A stretch of 63,860 nucleotides of DNA, filler included, from Octopus bimaculoides (GCF_001194135.2; 7 parts of 6 records of this genome joined end to end with filler, not necessarily neighbours in it), one strand, 5' to 3'. Positions 11,791-25,321 are shown, counted from the whole stretch's first letter. A program made the numbers and translations. The notes: a model not told the origin generated them from the letters alone.

Positions 11791-14750
11791 TCATTATTAC
11801 CTTCGCCTTAGCGAAGGCGGAGGTAATATCATCAGTCGCATTAGTTATATTTTTGCCCCAATCAAATGAGATATAACACTCATTTCCTTTATTGTGTAGA
11901 ACTCTGAGATTAGGGAGTCGGGTCAGTAATAAACTATGGTAAAATATTCCTGCCCAAGCTTGTTAACTCTACGGACTTTCCTTTAAAACCTATATACTGA
12001 GATGGCATATCCACAATATAAACAACTTCATGTCATATGCAGATGATTTGAGTTTAACGTTACTGGATCGAATCTATTAAGCTATTTCGTCTCTTTGCTA
12101 ATTAGTTATTATTTATTTCTAAAATTTGCATAACGCAACAAAGTTATTACGATGAATAAATATCAAGTAATGAAATCCAGTATCAGATTGGTACTTATTT
12201 TATAGATATCAGAAAAATAAAAATAAACGTTAAACATGAAGAGGGCGTAACAAAATATCGTTAAAGTGCTCTCTTAATTTTGTCAATCATTGCTGTAATA
12301 TAAAGTAATATATAACACAGAAGCTAGACCACACATTTTGAATAAAGGGTATAACTGATTACTTCTAGCCCCAGTATATAATTATTACATATTTAATCGA
12401 CCCTAGAACGATGCAAAGAAAATGTGAGCTTAATGCAATCTGAACTCGTCAAATAAAGGGTCGGAATTAATTAACACTAGTCATTTATTCCGACGCTCTT
12501 CCGATTATATCAATTCCCTGCTTCTGTTGCGATAATATTAAAAACTGAATATAATACTTGGAATGGTATTCGCGACCGTTTAATGTGTACATATCTCCAT
12601 TTATATCGCATCAAAATGGCAAACTGTCGAATCAATTTTCACTTCTCCAAAGGTTTTATATTTGCCATAAATCCTTTCCAGTGCGGTATCCATTAACGAA
12701 CTGTCTTTTTAGATTGACTGCTTAGTAAACACTATGTTTTTCTAATTATGGAGCAACATGCGATGACGTTAGACACTTAATCTCTTTCGAAGCCATCACT
12801 CCATCATTAACTAGTAACCTTGCAGTTGTTTTTCAAATCCAGATGCATGAGCCACAAGGTAGTCATTAAGGTGTCACATACAAACGGGGAATATAAATTT
12901 CTGCTTGATTATTTGTTCTTTTTTTTATTGCAATATAATGTTTAGTGTTCTTTTAGTCAGTATAAAGCCTAGAACAATTTAGAGTAAAACGGAATATGAT
13001 ATTGTATATTACATTATCTTTGATGATAATGATTGTGGTATTGATGGTGGAGTTGGCTGTGGTGATATTCGAAGTAGTATTCCGCCTGATGATGATGTTG
13101 ATGATGATGATGTTTGGGCTGCAGTTGTAGTTGTTTTTCCTGACAAACATCGTAACAATAATTCCTCTTGGGTTTCTTTACTTTTATTTCGAGCCTTCAT
13201 CAATTTAAAATTTACTATCACACCAGTGGGATTTAAATGGTGCGAATATGTAGATAAAATGATTTTGAACCCTATCAACTAATTGATAAGTATAGACTCT
13301 GATAGTTTAAACAAAATGCTCAAGCTAACAGAATCTTTACTTATCAAACAAAACGTTTAAATTATCTCAACAGATTACTAAAATTTCGTCAGTAAATAAA
13401 CCTATTTTATGCGGCTAACATTAACGGAAGTAACGTGTCAATTTATCTAGGCAATATCCTTCAGACTGAAGAAACGATTTATTGCAGTATCTGATGTTTT
13501 GATAAACGCTATTTCTTCTTTTTTGTATGTGATAGATTAAATATAAACGTTTCCAATTACATTGATAGTCACTTATTTCTTAACAGCCCATATTCCCTCG
13601 ACAAAACATTAGCGTTCTTTATTATGTTTGTCGGTTTCCGTTTGAACTATACACGTTATGGTATGAGAGCTGAAATATAACCCCAAATTTGATTACTAAT
13701 TTTTACCACTTTATAACTTTTAACCGGAACAGAAAGAAGCTTCTTCGCAATAGTTACAATTTTGTTTGAGCCCACTAAATAATCCATGATTTAGAGTAAT
13801 ATATTGAAATTTTTCCGTTTATATCAGAAACTTAATTATAACGTTATTAGTATTTTATATTGCTGATTATTCTAATTTTTATTCATGCTTTCTTTGAGTG
13901 TATATAGTGCTTACAGAATTTTAACGCTTTTATAAAAACTGAATCATGTGGATAATAGACGTCGCATGTTTGTGTTTGAATAGTGGAAGAGTGGATGAGG
14001 AGGAAGAAGGGAAATGAGGCAGCTTTTGAGCAAAAAAAGGGACTGCGCACAGCTATAAACGTGTGTGTGGGCGGAGGAAACATACGTGAAAGAGAAGGGT
14101 TAAAAATTTCATCGTAAATTCGTCAGTAGCTTAAAATTTAACTGCAGTTTAGTTCACAAACGATCGATATAGAGCAACATGAATAACATACATTACCTTT
14201 TCAATAAGTCATCTTCGAATATTTATTTGTGAACTTCTTCACGGAATGTTAGTGTATTGGCTAATCTTCCTCTGCTTATTTCAATCCTTGATTTCCTCTC
14301 CCACAATTCACTGCCATTTTTTTCTAAATAGAGATCTCTACATCCCTTGTGTGTGAGGGGTTGGAAATCACATATTTTAAAGGAAGACTTTTCAAACAAT
14401 TTTCCTTATGAATATCTATTTTTTTTTCCTTTTGATAAGCTTGTATGGTGTATATATTATGTAGGGCTACATTTAAAATAAATTTAGGTTACTTGTTTGT
14501 TTTTTTAAGAAATCGTTTTCCAGTTTATATAAAAGAAGCTACATGCTCAGTAGGATTATATATACATATACGCATAGACATACACACACACACACGCGCA
14601 CACATTGTTATATATATATATATATATATATATAGCAATTTAGCTAGGTGTAAAATAGATACGTGTGTAAAAATTGTACATGTATGCATATTGTAAGAAA
14701 AAAATATATATATGCATGCTTATGTATATAGATATATATGTATATATATG

Positions 14751-14809
<59 letters not shown>

Positions 14810-15709
14810 NNNNNNNNNNNNNNNNNNNNNNNNNNNNNNNNNNNNNNNNNNNNNNNNNNNNNNNNNNNNNNNNNNNNNNNNNNNNNNNNNNNNNNNNNNN
14901 NNNNNNNNNNNNNNNNNNNNNNNNNNNNNNNNNNNNNNNNNNNNNNNNNNNNNNNNNNNNNNNNNNNNNNNNNNNNNNNNNNNNNNNNNNNNNNNNNNNN
15001 NNNNNNNNNNNNNNNNNNNNNNNNNNNNNNNNNNNNNNNNNNNNNNNNNNNNNNNNNNNNNNNNNNNNNNNNNNNNNNNNNNNNNNNNNNNNNNNNNNNN
15101 NNNNNNNNNNNNNNNNNNNNNNNNNNNNNNNNNNNNNNNNNNNNNNNNNNNNNNNNNNNNNNNNNNNNNNNNNNNNNNNNNNNNNNNNNNNNNNNNNNNN
15201 NNNNNNNNNNNNNNNNNNNNNNNNNNNNNNNNNNNNNNNNNNNNNNNNNNNNNNNNNNNNNNNNNNNNNNNNNNNNNNNNNNNNNNNNNNNNNNNNNNNN
15301 NNNNNNNNNNNNNNNNNNNNNNNNNNNNNNNNNNNNNNNNNNNNNNNNNNNNNNNNNNNNNNNNNNNNNNNNNNNNNNNNNNNNNNNNNNNNNNNNNNNN
15401 NNNNNNNNNNNNNNNNNNNNNNNNNNNNNNNNNNNNNNNNNNNNNNNNNNNNNNNNNNNNNNNNNNNNNNNNNNNNNNNNNNNNNNNNNNNNNNNNNNNN
15501 NNNNNNNNNNNNNNNNNNNNNNNNNNNNNNNNNNNNNNNNNNNNNNNNNNNNNNNNNNNNNNNNNNNNNNNNNNNNNNNNNNNNNNNNNNNNNNNNNNNN
15601 NNNNNNNNNNNNNNNNNNNNNNNNNNNNNNNNNNNNNNNNNNNNNNNNNNNNNNNNNNNNNNNNNNNNNNNNNNNNNNNNNNNNNNNNNNNNNNNTATAT
15701 ATATATAGT

Positions 15710-16120
15710 AGAGTAAGAACATAAATGCGAAACAAGGTAGAAAAAATAGTACTCGAATACTAGGAGTAGAGTAATATGCTTTATTAAAAAGCAGCAAAAA
15801 TATCACAAAAACTGTTACTCAGAGATTCACGTTCCTGTTCGTCGGACAGTTTTGTTTAGAATGTAACAAAAATAAGGTAATAAGCAAACATATACAATTA
15901 GTTTAATGGATACACATTTGAAAATGGTTTTGTTTCATTGATCCTTTCAACTAACGTTCTTAACAACGACCAGTTGCATGCAATGAACAGATTTCGGTAT
16001 AAAATCATCTTATTATAAAATCGAAGAAAACCTTAAATCAAAAATAGATAATAAAGAAGGACAGAGTCTAAATACCCAGGGTAATAATTATTTGGAAAAT
16101 AGTAATCAATTAATACGTTA
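15710..16120 (-). mobile_element. Penelope-type pLTR-like repeat carrying a degenerate hammerhead motif
   Basis: The minus strand has an 8-bp stem I around CCGACGA...GAAU...GUA (15806-15854), followed by AATAAAGC. The PLE origin is inference. Confidence 0.4.
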
Positions 16121-19100
16121 AAAGTTATATCTGTTTCAAACTTTTTTCACGTTGGACTACATAAGCATTTAGCAGTATATGCCCATTCCAAACCATCCAT
16201 AATATACATATATACACTAAAATATACAGACGCATGCACATAGCTACATACATATACAGACATATATAGGCAAGACATAAATATATATACAAATGCGTAT
16301 ATATATATGAATATTTTGTTTTGGAATTTGGTTTGCAAGACACTTCCTGAGTTCGTGTGTTGAAGCATATACTGTTGTGTCTAGGGAGAGTCATTTTATT
16401 TTAGTGCCTTATAGTTTAAAACACTCACCGGTAAAATTTCCGCTTGTTTCCTTTTTTATTTTACTAAAATTTTCGGAAAAGTTTAGAAACATAAAGAAGG
16501 CGCTGGAGTGGCTAGTTGTCGTTTAGCGACTCTCTTCTAAATGTTTGTAACCATAGGCACAAAGCCTGAAATTTGAGGTGAAGCGAGCTTGTCCTGTATT
16601 TTATTTAACTATGCAGGGCGGATGGCAACAACGTTGACGTGTGAAATTTGAGTTCAGAACGAATAGTATCATAACTAATCCTGCAAGGCATTGTGCCCAA
16701 CGCTCTGACAATTTTACCAATCCCCTACCCTTTAATTAAACTTAGAAGTTTAGCCATTTTGTAAATCGTACTGATTCTAGATGTCACCAGTCTAAATAAA
16801 TCGCTAATCTAAATTTTAACTGGAGCGTCACTCAGGTTCTAAAGGGACGGCCTCTGTTTTATATAATCTTCTATTATATCATTCATTTATCCACAGCATT
16901 GTATTTATCATTTTTCATACCGATTGCTTCTTAGATGTAGACAAAAGTCTAGGCAAGCAACTTGAATACAACTTATTCATAGTATTTCCTGAAACATTAT
17001 TATTTACCAGTGTTTAACAATTCTCTGCTAACAATATTAGGTTATACTAACCAATTTAACATATCAAAATTTCTATTCTTCTTGTTTCAAATATATATTG
17101 GCAAGAAATACCATTTCATTTTCCATTCAAAAGCGTGTTTCGTATTTGGGGAATATTAAATCTCTCTTGATAATTTCTACATAGTTTAGATAATTGAAAC
17201 ATTTATTAAATTGTACACTAATGTCAAATAATTAACGTTTCGCTAATTATTTGCGTGATATAACCTTTCTTACTCACGAGACTTTGAAGAATACGATAAC
17301 ATTCTAAATGAATTTGCTGCCTGTTAAGTTTCAAGAAGTTAGGGCTGCTGTTTGAAGTTCTTGTGTTCTTGCTGTGTGTTAGGTCGCCTGTAGAAACCGA
17401 GTATGCGTTGCTCTTCTCGTGTCCTAGTCGGTGTCAGTATACTCTGCACTGTGGCTTCGTTGCGGAGTTTTATCTGTGAGAAAGGCAACTTAGGGTTTTC
17501 TTTCTATTAATGTAACTTCACACTGAAATGCATGTGCTTCGAGTATTTTCCAGCAACGAATCTTCAGAAACCGTTTAATGATCGAACAAGTGTTATATGT
17601 TTCGACCTTTATGTAGCTTTGACAGGAAGTTCCAAATCTTAGAAAATATTGCATGGTTTCATATTTCCACATCATTATTTGCTTCAGTTTTCGTTAACTT
17701 TTGTTAGCATTGATGTCAGTAGTTAATAAATAAATCAACACAAAAAATTTAAAGAGCTGATGATACGGTGATACACATTCCTTTTCTTGTGGCATAAACG
17801 CCATACGGAAAACGAAACGAAATCCAATGACAAACAGAACTCGACATTTTTCTTCTAATGATCTGCAAGAAAAATTAGTTATATTTTCCTCAACTCATTG
17901 CCGTTTAAAGGGAAAAAAAGCAGATAATTTAGTCCGATGTACACAGCAATGGAGGTAAAATAACGAAATGGTCACGGTTGGAACCTTTTTATATCATAAG
18001 TCTACTCAGTCAGAAATCTCTTGGAGAGGTACAAACACAACAAGATGGAATCGCAGTTTGTTCATCCTTTATATTTTCAACCTATATTTTTGCATTACAA
18101 AAATGATAGCATAATAGAAACAGAGGAGCAAATTTATAGAGAATATTCTATGCGTAGTGGAAAACTAATTCCCTCTAGAACATAACTAGCTATATTGAGG
18201 CCATGTCATGTACATTGATGTAAAACGGAATTTTGCCTCTCTGTTTTAAGTAGTCGGTAACTACACTAATTAGATCACGCTGAGTTACTGAAGGCAACAA
18301 ATAGTTGGTTTCCTTGGAAGAGAACCAACTAACAGCATTATAATGTGTGCGTCGGTGTTTGCACGTGTGTTGAATGCATTTGTAAATATCATGTGTGGCT
18401 TTGCTTTTGTGTACACATGTTCGTGTCTATGTTAACATATGTCTGCCTATGAACGTCTGTATTTGTATGTCTTATTCTTTCATCAGTGAATATGTTATAT
18501 GAAAGTAAGTTTATTTTGTGAGTATGTGAAAGCGCTATCATTATATTGCAGTTGAAAATAAAAGCAATTATTCTAATATAAGGCAAATCTGTACTCTATC
18601 ATATAATAACGAAACAGATACACTACATTTGTAGGCATACACACAAAGGAAGACATAGAATCACACACAAAAAATCTTAAGTATGAATGCACTAACAAAC
18701 GTGTATACCCACATGCAAATAATTCAATATACATAGACTTGCTATTTGAAAATAGGAGAATGCCAATGGAACACAAGTGGCTAAATAACTCAATTAAAAT
18801 GATCATGTGTTCACTTTGAAAGCGGAATAATCTTTTTCTGATATTAATTTAGATGTTACGCCTTTAACAGCTTATTTTTTCTCTCTGATAAACCGAAAGA
18901 AGATTTGGTGAAATGTTTAAATTTTTTATTTTGAATGACATCACAGCTGGAAGGGTTCCTAGTGGAAATTTATTACAGAGAACCTTCTCGGTTGTTATAT
19001 TAATTAAAGTGTTTATAGCTAAGTTCACTAATCAATAGATAATAGAACACCTGTAGTGATTTTGAGCTCGAAACCTTGGAGCTAAGTACTCGACTGCTGT

Positions 19101-19456
19101 ATCTACCCGAACACCTCACTTATAGCACTTCGTGTCAACGAAAACGTACCTGCCTACCTTCCAGAAATAGCACCAAATTTTCATCAACTCGCACTATACC
19201 ATTTAAAAAAATTGAAGGGTGCATTGGGTGATGTAGTTACAAGGCAGACACTAAGTTTGAATGAATAAAAGAAAAGATAGTATAAGCAGAACGTCTTGTT
19301 TGGCATGACTTTACTTACAGTGAATTGGGATAGAAATATTGTGATAGTACATATATAGCTATTTAAGTTCGAGAAATAACAGTACACCCTAGATTTTGAT
19401 ATCACTATTTTCAATTTCTGTTGGTTTACAACACTTGATTTTTATAAAACTAAAAC

Positions 19457-19859
19457 TAAAGGTGAGGGTTTGTTGCCAACTTAATGTGGCAGTCCCAGGA
19501 AAGGGAAGAATGCTGCTGCTATTTAACCCCAGGAAACACCGTCTCTAGTTGGCTATGTGACACAAGCGTACTATGTGACACAAGCGTACGATGTCCTTAT
19601 GTTTTTAAACAGGGGAGATAAGCACCTCCACCCAGCAAAGCCAGCATCCAGAGACTAGTTTCAGAGCCATTGCTCTTCATCAGTCTGGAGTAGCTTGGCT
19701 TGCTAGCTGTCGGTGTTTATTCACCTTTGAAAACATAAGGACACAGTACGCTTGTGTTACATATCCAACTAGAAATGGTGTTTCCTGGGGCTAAATAGCA
19801 GTAGCATTCTTCCCTTTCGTGGGACTGCCACATTAAGTTGGCAACAAACCATCTCTTTA
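19457..19859. mobile_element. ORF-less foldback element (about 400 bp) with long inverted arms
   Basis: 19467 onward is the reverse complement of 19850 backward: the first 31 nt are identical and there are about 7 mismatches in about 105 nt. Pairing continues with bulges up to the central hammerhead. Confidence 0.9.
19647..19689 (-). ncRNA. Minimal type I hammerhead ribozyme
   Basis: Minus strand: UCCAGA-CUGAUGA-AGAGC(AAUG)GCUCU-GAAA-CUAG-UC^UCUGGA. All core nucleotides are present, with a 6-bp stem I, a 5-bp stem II, palindromic stem III ACUAGU and a GUC cleavage triplet (cut between 19653 and 19652). Confidence 0.85.
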
Positions 19860-20767
19860 TCGTGCTGCTACTGTATAAGTCTCTCTGAGAGACTTAGAAA
19901 TGCAATATTTCTAAAACTAAAAGCGTTTTACATATATTTATGGATTATCTATTTATTCCTTATTTTGGTGTTAACTAAACAAGAAAAAACACTAAGTAAA
20001 AACTCATTCAATTCAAAAAATGTCTATAGAAAAATAATCAGTAATATATACACAAGCACATACGGACACGCATTGTTACAAGATTTCTATAAAACACGCA
20101 CACAAGCTCAAACATAATCATAAAGCATGCACACACTCTAACACTCACAAGCGTAGTCAATGCATATACTTTCAAACGTTAGTTTTTTAATGTTTTTACT
20201 CAAATAGATATGTTTACATATTGTATTTGAAGGTTACCTCAATGGCAATATAAGTTGCTTATTGCTACTCTTGTTAATACCATCAACGTCTAACAATCAC
20301 AATGCTGCTACTACAAAGAAGAGCAATTTCTTTTTATTAAAGTAACTTATTTTTGGTTATATTATTTATTTTCTGTTCAAATCCCACTGAGGTCTATTTA
20401 TTTGCCTTGTATTTCTCTGAAGATATATAACCTGAGTGTGTTATTCTTTCGGGAACAATTTCAGTTACGCCGTTAATAGTCTTGTGAAAATTGTATGAAT
20501 GTCGTATTCTCGCTTGCAATTAGCGTTTTATTATGAGTTGTTACCAATAATATTATAGAGGAGCAAGCGGTGATTTGGCAGAATCGTTAAGACAAATGCT
20601 TAGCAGCATTTCGTCTGTCTATATGTTCTGAATTCAAATCCGGCTTTGAATTTTGTTTTTCATTGATTTTGCTTTTCATCCTTTCGGGTCCGGTAAAAGA
20701 AGAATCAATTATTCCCCTCCCCTAAGATTTTAGGCTTTTTGCCTATAGCAGAAAAGAATATTATTAT

Positions 20768-21015
20768 GGAGGAACGTGGCTTTGTGGTTATGGTGTAGCA
20801 CTCATGATCGTAACATTGTCGTTTCGATTCGTGGATCAGGCGATGCGTTTTTTTTTTTTTTGAGCAAAGAACTCCATTTCACGTTGCTCCATTTGACACA
20901 GCTAGTGAAAATGAGCAACGCTGGAATGGACCGGCTTCTCATCCAGGGGTTATATTTATGCCACAGGATCCTGGAAACCGACCTTATGAACTTTTGACTA
21001 GGGCAGGACCTTTGG
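20768..21015 (+). mobile_element. Diverged tRNA-derived SINE (second 5' module plus GATGGAC..CATCCAGGGG-type tail)
   Basis: Head GTGGCTTTGTGGTTATGG...GTTTCGATTC, body TTGAGCAAAGAACTCCATTTCACGTTGCTCCA, tail GGAATGGACCGGCTTCTCATCCAGGGG...GGAAACCGACCTTATGA. Confidence 0.65.
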
Positions 21016-22690
21016 TCCTTTTTTTGATATCGGCAGAAATAGTAGGTCACCCTTCTGAATATCTTCTAGTGCGAGGTTCGTTGAGTTTGTCATTTAATAT
21101 ACTATCAGTAATCAAACATTCCTCTATAAAAAAAATGTTTCTGTTGAACGAAGAGAATATTATTCTAATAAACGAAATCTTTATTAAGAACTATTAAAAA
21201 TTATTATTAATTCTATCACCATCCACTAAAGCCAACATTGCTTTCAACCTTTAGGAGTCAATGAAATAAAGTATCAGTCAAGTACAGAGCTTACGGTATC
21301 GACTAACACTCAACACCTCAAAATTGCTGACTTTCAGCTAAAACTAGAAGTGATTAAATACCGGAAGTTAGCAACATCCTTAGAGGGTCGGAAATAATGC
21401 TCTTTACGTAGAGTCCGAATCATAACGAGATCAGTTTTGCGCCTCATCTTTTCGGATTGCCGTGTTCAACATGAAGATTATCCCCCACTACTAGAGTAGA
21501 CATCTACCACTTGTTAGGTAGCTATGACAAAATTGATTGCACGATGGACAAAGATGATAGGACTGGCGGCAAGGAATTTCTGCTTCGGTAAAACTCTCAT
21601 CAATTTCCTGGAGTTCCGTTTGGAGAGGAAAGTAAGCGAATGTGAATACAAGAAATATATAGAAATGCATCCGGTCGAAATGTTAAGGTATGTGATTATC
21701 AATCACAGTTGTTACGTAAGACATTAAAATCCTAGCAGTCTAGTCGAAGTAACTGCTGAGAGTTGGTGTTAATGTACTCAATATAACGATGCAAACAATT
21801 AGATTTTAAACTGCACCCGGTTTTTTGGGGGTATTATGAAAGAAAATAAGCTTATACTTGTGCATCTAAAATATTCTTATTTTTCAATATACATATAACA
21901 AATCCGTTTATTATAAATGTTGATGATTTATGGATAACTATTGATATATTAGTATTGCTTATGGCTATTTTAATGTGGCTGTCCTCTATGAGACGCTGAT
22001 ACTATCATTTAACGCCGAGAAAACATTTCCAGTTGGTTTACTCAGTGCGTTTCTAGCACTCGATATTTATTACAAGCAGAATAAAACTCCTGCGACACTA
22101 GCTCTGAGACCACCAGAACACGTGGTTTTGATCTATATTGGATCTCCTCGGTGGTGGGCACTCGTTCACCAGGTACGGCAGCAGTTTAACCTCGCTTGAA
22201 GTATATAGGAAATACAGTATCATACAATCACTAATTGTGTAACTAGGAATGTAACTAGGAAACTAGTTCGTTAGAAAATCTCTGTTTGAGATAGAAGCAG
22301 TATACGAACCAAAAATATTCTTCATTGCCACTTTATCGATATATTGCCATTCATGTATCGAGTACATCGACGCTTAACCCCATGCCAACCCCAATCAAAC
22401 AAACCAGTAAACAAAAGTATTGCATCCATGTATTGAGTCCTTGTATTATCATCAATAATGAACCACATGTGAAGATCCATACATCATCCATCACATACGG
22501 ATTATTTTATGTTTAACTATTTAGTTCTTCGTCGTTCATGATCCCAAGCTTTTGACAACAATGTTTCCCTCCACTCCCTCCCGATATACCTTATGATATT
22601 TTGACTTAAAGATATCGTTATACTATTATACTATACAAACTTAAATGTAGTTTTCTTTTTATCCTTTCTCACTTCTTTCTATTTGTGCAG

Positions 22691-22849
22691 TTGTTGTGGA
22701 CCGGTACAAAGTCTACAATGTTCAGTTAAATGATGTCTGGGTGATCAGCAACGGTACAGCCATCTTAAAGTGTCTCATTAACCCACGTTTTGTGAATGAA
22801 TACATTAAGGTTACGAAATGGACTCAGGATTCAAAGCCTATCACCGATC
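22691..22849 (+). CDS. Dscam: Dscam-like exon: N-terminal half of Ig2
   Basis: Pyrimidine tract plus GCAG acceptor and GTAAGT donor, phase 1/1. Translates (V)VVDRYKVYNVQLNDVWVISNGTAILKCLINPRFVNEYIKVTKWTQDSKPITD, resembling Dscam Ig2 VV.QYY...V....VIRGN.AILKC.IPSFV...V.V.SW. Confidence 0.88.
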
Positions 22850-23632
22850 GTAAGTATCTTCATTCTATTAAGGCCGCCATACACCAGTGTAAAAGCAAAG
22901 TAAATATTTTATTAAACTTCTAAATCAACAGTCAGTAGAGGGAGGCCCTTAAATGGGTACTGGACTTGTTAGAAATACAAGATAAATATATATCAAACCA
23001 CACAACACTATCGCAAAAAGAAAAGGAGAGACTCTATAATGAAGTTACAGACACATTGTCTGAAATTATTTCATTTATTGCTACAAAATATTGGTTAATT
23101 TAAAAACTAGAAACCCACACCGAGTTTGATCTTCCAATCTAAACAAGTTGTTTATATTAGAACATTAGTTAATACAAGTAACATACTAGTAATTTATTCA
23201 ACGAATAAGCTGCTAGGAGCGTGTTACATATACAAATTGTTCTGTCTAATTTTGTTAAGCACCTAACATAATGAGTTTATAAGCGAGGGTTCGTTGGCAA
23301 TTAAACAAGGTATCGTCATTCGTGAAACCCCCAATAATTCAGTGATAGCAAATTGAATACAAAGACTGTTTTTAAACGAAGATAGTGTGTATTAAGACAC
23401 GTTTCCATCTGTCTATGCTTATATTGCTCATTAAGATGAAGAATACACAAGCACGCGAACGCACGCGCACGCACGCACACACACACACACACATACACAC
23501 AGGCATACATTCTCACACATATATATGTGCGTGTGCGTGCACACGCGTGTGTGCTAAAAGAGATTTGCTCAAAATGGGACTTAGTCGGATGAACTACGAA
23601 ATGTCTTAATTTCTTAATCCATCTGCTATGTA

Positions 23633-23676
<44 letters not shown>

Positions 23677-23978
23677 CGTGTGTGTGTGTGTGTGTGTGTC
23701 TGTGTGTGCATGTGTGTGTGTGTGTTTGTGTGTGTACATGTGTATATATATATATGTGTGTATGTATATATATATATGTGTGTGTGCATGTATCTATATA
23801 TATATATATATATATATATATAGATGTGTATGTATATATATATATATGTGTGTGTATGTATCTATATATATATATATGCATGTGTGTGTGTATATGTATA
23901 TATATATATGTGTGTGTGCGTATGTATGTATGTATATATGTGTGTGTGTGTGTATGTATGTGTAGATATACATACATA

Positions 23979-24010
<32 letters not shown>

Positions 24011-24092
24011 TATGTATACATATATATCTTGTGTACGTAGATACGCAGTATGTGAATCTTTGCATATAATTCGACAACGTAAATTATTGCAG

Positions 24093-24239
24093 ACGACCGA
24101 GTTTCTGCAATGAACAATGGAGAGCTACATGTCCGCAACGTGCAGGATTCGGATACTTCTTTGGTATATCGTTGCGTGACACGAAATATACTGACACAAG
24201 ATAGTAAGACAAGTCCTCCTGCTTCTATACACGTCCATG
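24093..24239 (+). CDS. Dscam: Dscam-like exon: C-terminal half of Ig2
   Basis: TTGCAG acceptor and GTAAGT donor, phase 1/1. Translates (H)DRVSAMNNGELHVRNVQDSDTSLVYRCVTRNILTQDSKTSPPASIHVH, resembling Dscam GELHIR.V...D....Y.CRT...LT. Confidence 0.88.
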
Positions 24240-24780
24240 GTAAGTCAAAAGTAATCAATTCTATGTACCTGTGTCTGTGTATGTTCAGTCGTGAACATGT
24301 GTGTTTCTGCCCTCGGCATATATATATATTTTTTTGCTAGGGTATGCACATCAATGTGCATGCAATGGTGTAGAAATGTATGCATTAGTTTATGTTCGTG
24401 AGCATGCATGCAGTTGAAAGTGTATAACTATATGTGCTCTGGCTTTGATGATGTTTATGTATTTATATCCAAACTTTACTTGCATGGCTTAGCACACGTA
24501 TACGCATGGGTCTGTATGTATAGGATTTTGTAGCGGTGTACATTGTTATTTCAGTGTATTTGTTTGTAGTTTATACAGGTATGTGTGAATTTCTTTTTAT
24601 GCACAAAAGAGCAAAAGAGCGTGCATAGTTTCCTATGTATATATATATATATAGAAATGTGTGTATATATATATGTATATAGAAATGTATGTATATATAT
24701 GTATATATATGTATGTATATAGAAATGTATCTATGTATATATTTTTTGTATGTATATATATATCTATGTATATATATATC

Positions 24781-24811
<31 letters not shown>

Positions 24812-25115
24812 GTATATNNNNNNNNNNNNNNNNNNNNNNNNNNNNNNNNNNNNNNNNNNNNNNNNNNNNNNNNNNNNNNNNNNNNNNNNNNNNNNNNNNN
24901 NNNNNNNNNNNNNNNNNNNNNNNNNNNNNNNNNNNNNNNNNNNNNNNNNNNNNNNNNNNNNNNNNNNNNNNNNNNNNNNNNNNNNNNNNNNNNNNNNNNN
25001 NNNNNNNNNNNNNNNNNNNNNNNNNNNNNNNNNNNNNNNNNNNNNNNNNNNNNNNNNNNNNNNNNNNNNNNNNNNNNNNNNNNNNNNNNNNNNNNNNNNN
25101 NNNNNNNNNNNNNNN

Positions 25116-25157
<42 letters not shown>

Positions 25158-25272
25158 CACGTGTTAATGTAACAAGAACAATAGGGAAAAAGAAAAGCCA
25201 GTTTGAGTGAATACTTATATTTATTCGTGTGTGAAATATATCAGCGTTTTTATAATGAGTGAAGTTGAAATG

Positions 25273-25321
<49 letters not shown>

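Noticed and set aside
14246-14326. MLVYWLIFLCLFQSLISS... signal-peptide-like ORF upstream of Dscam
   Set aside because: It ends in a stop with no usable GT donor after the hydrophobic stretch, so it cannot be joined to the Ig exons.
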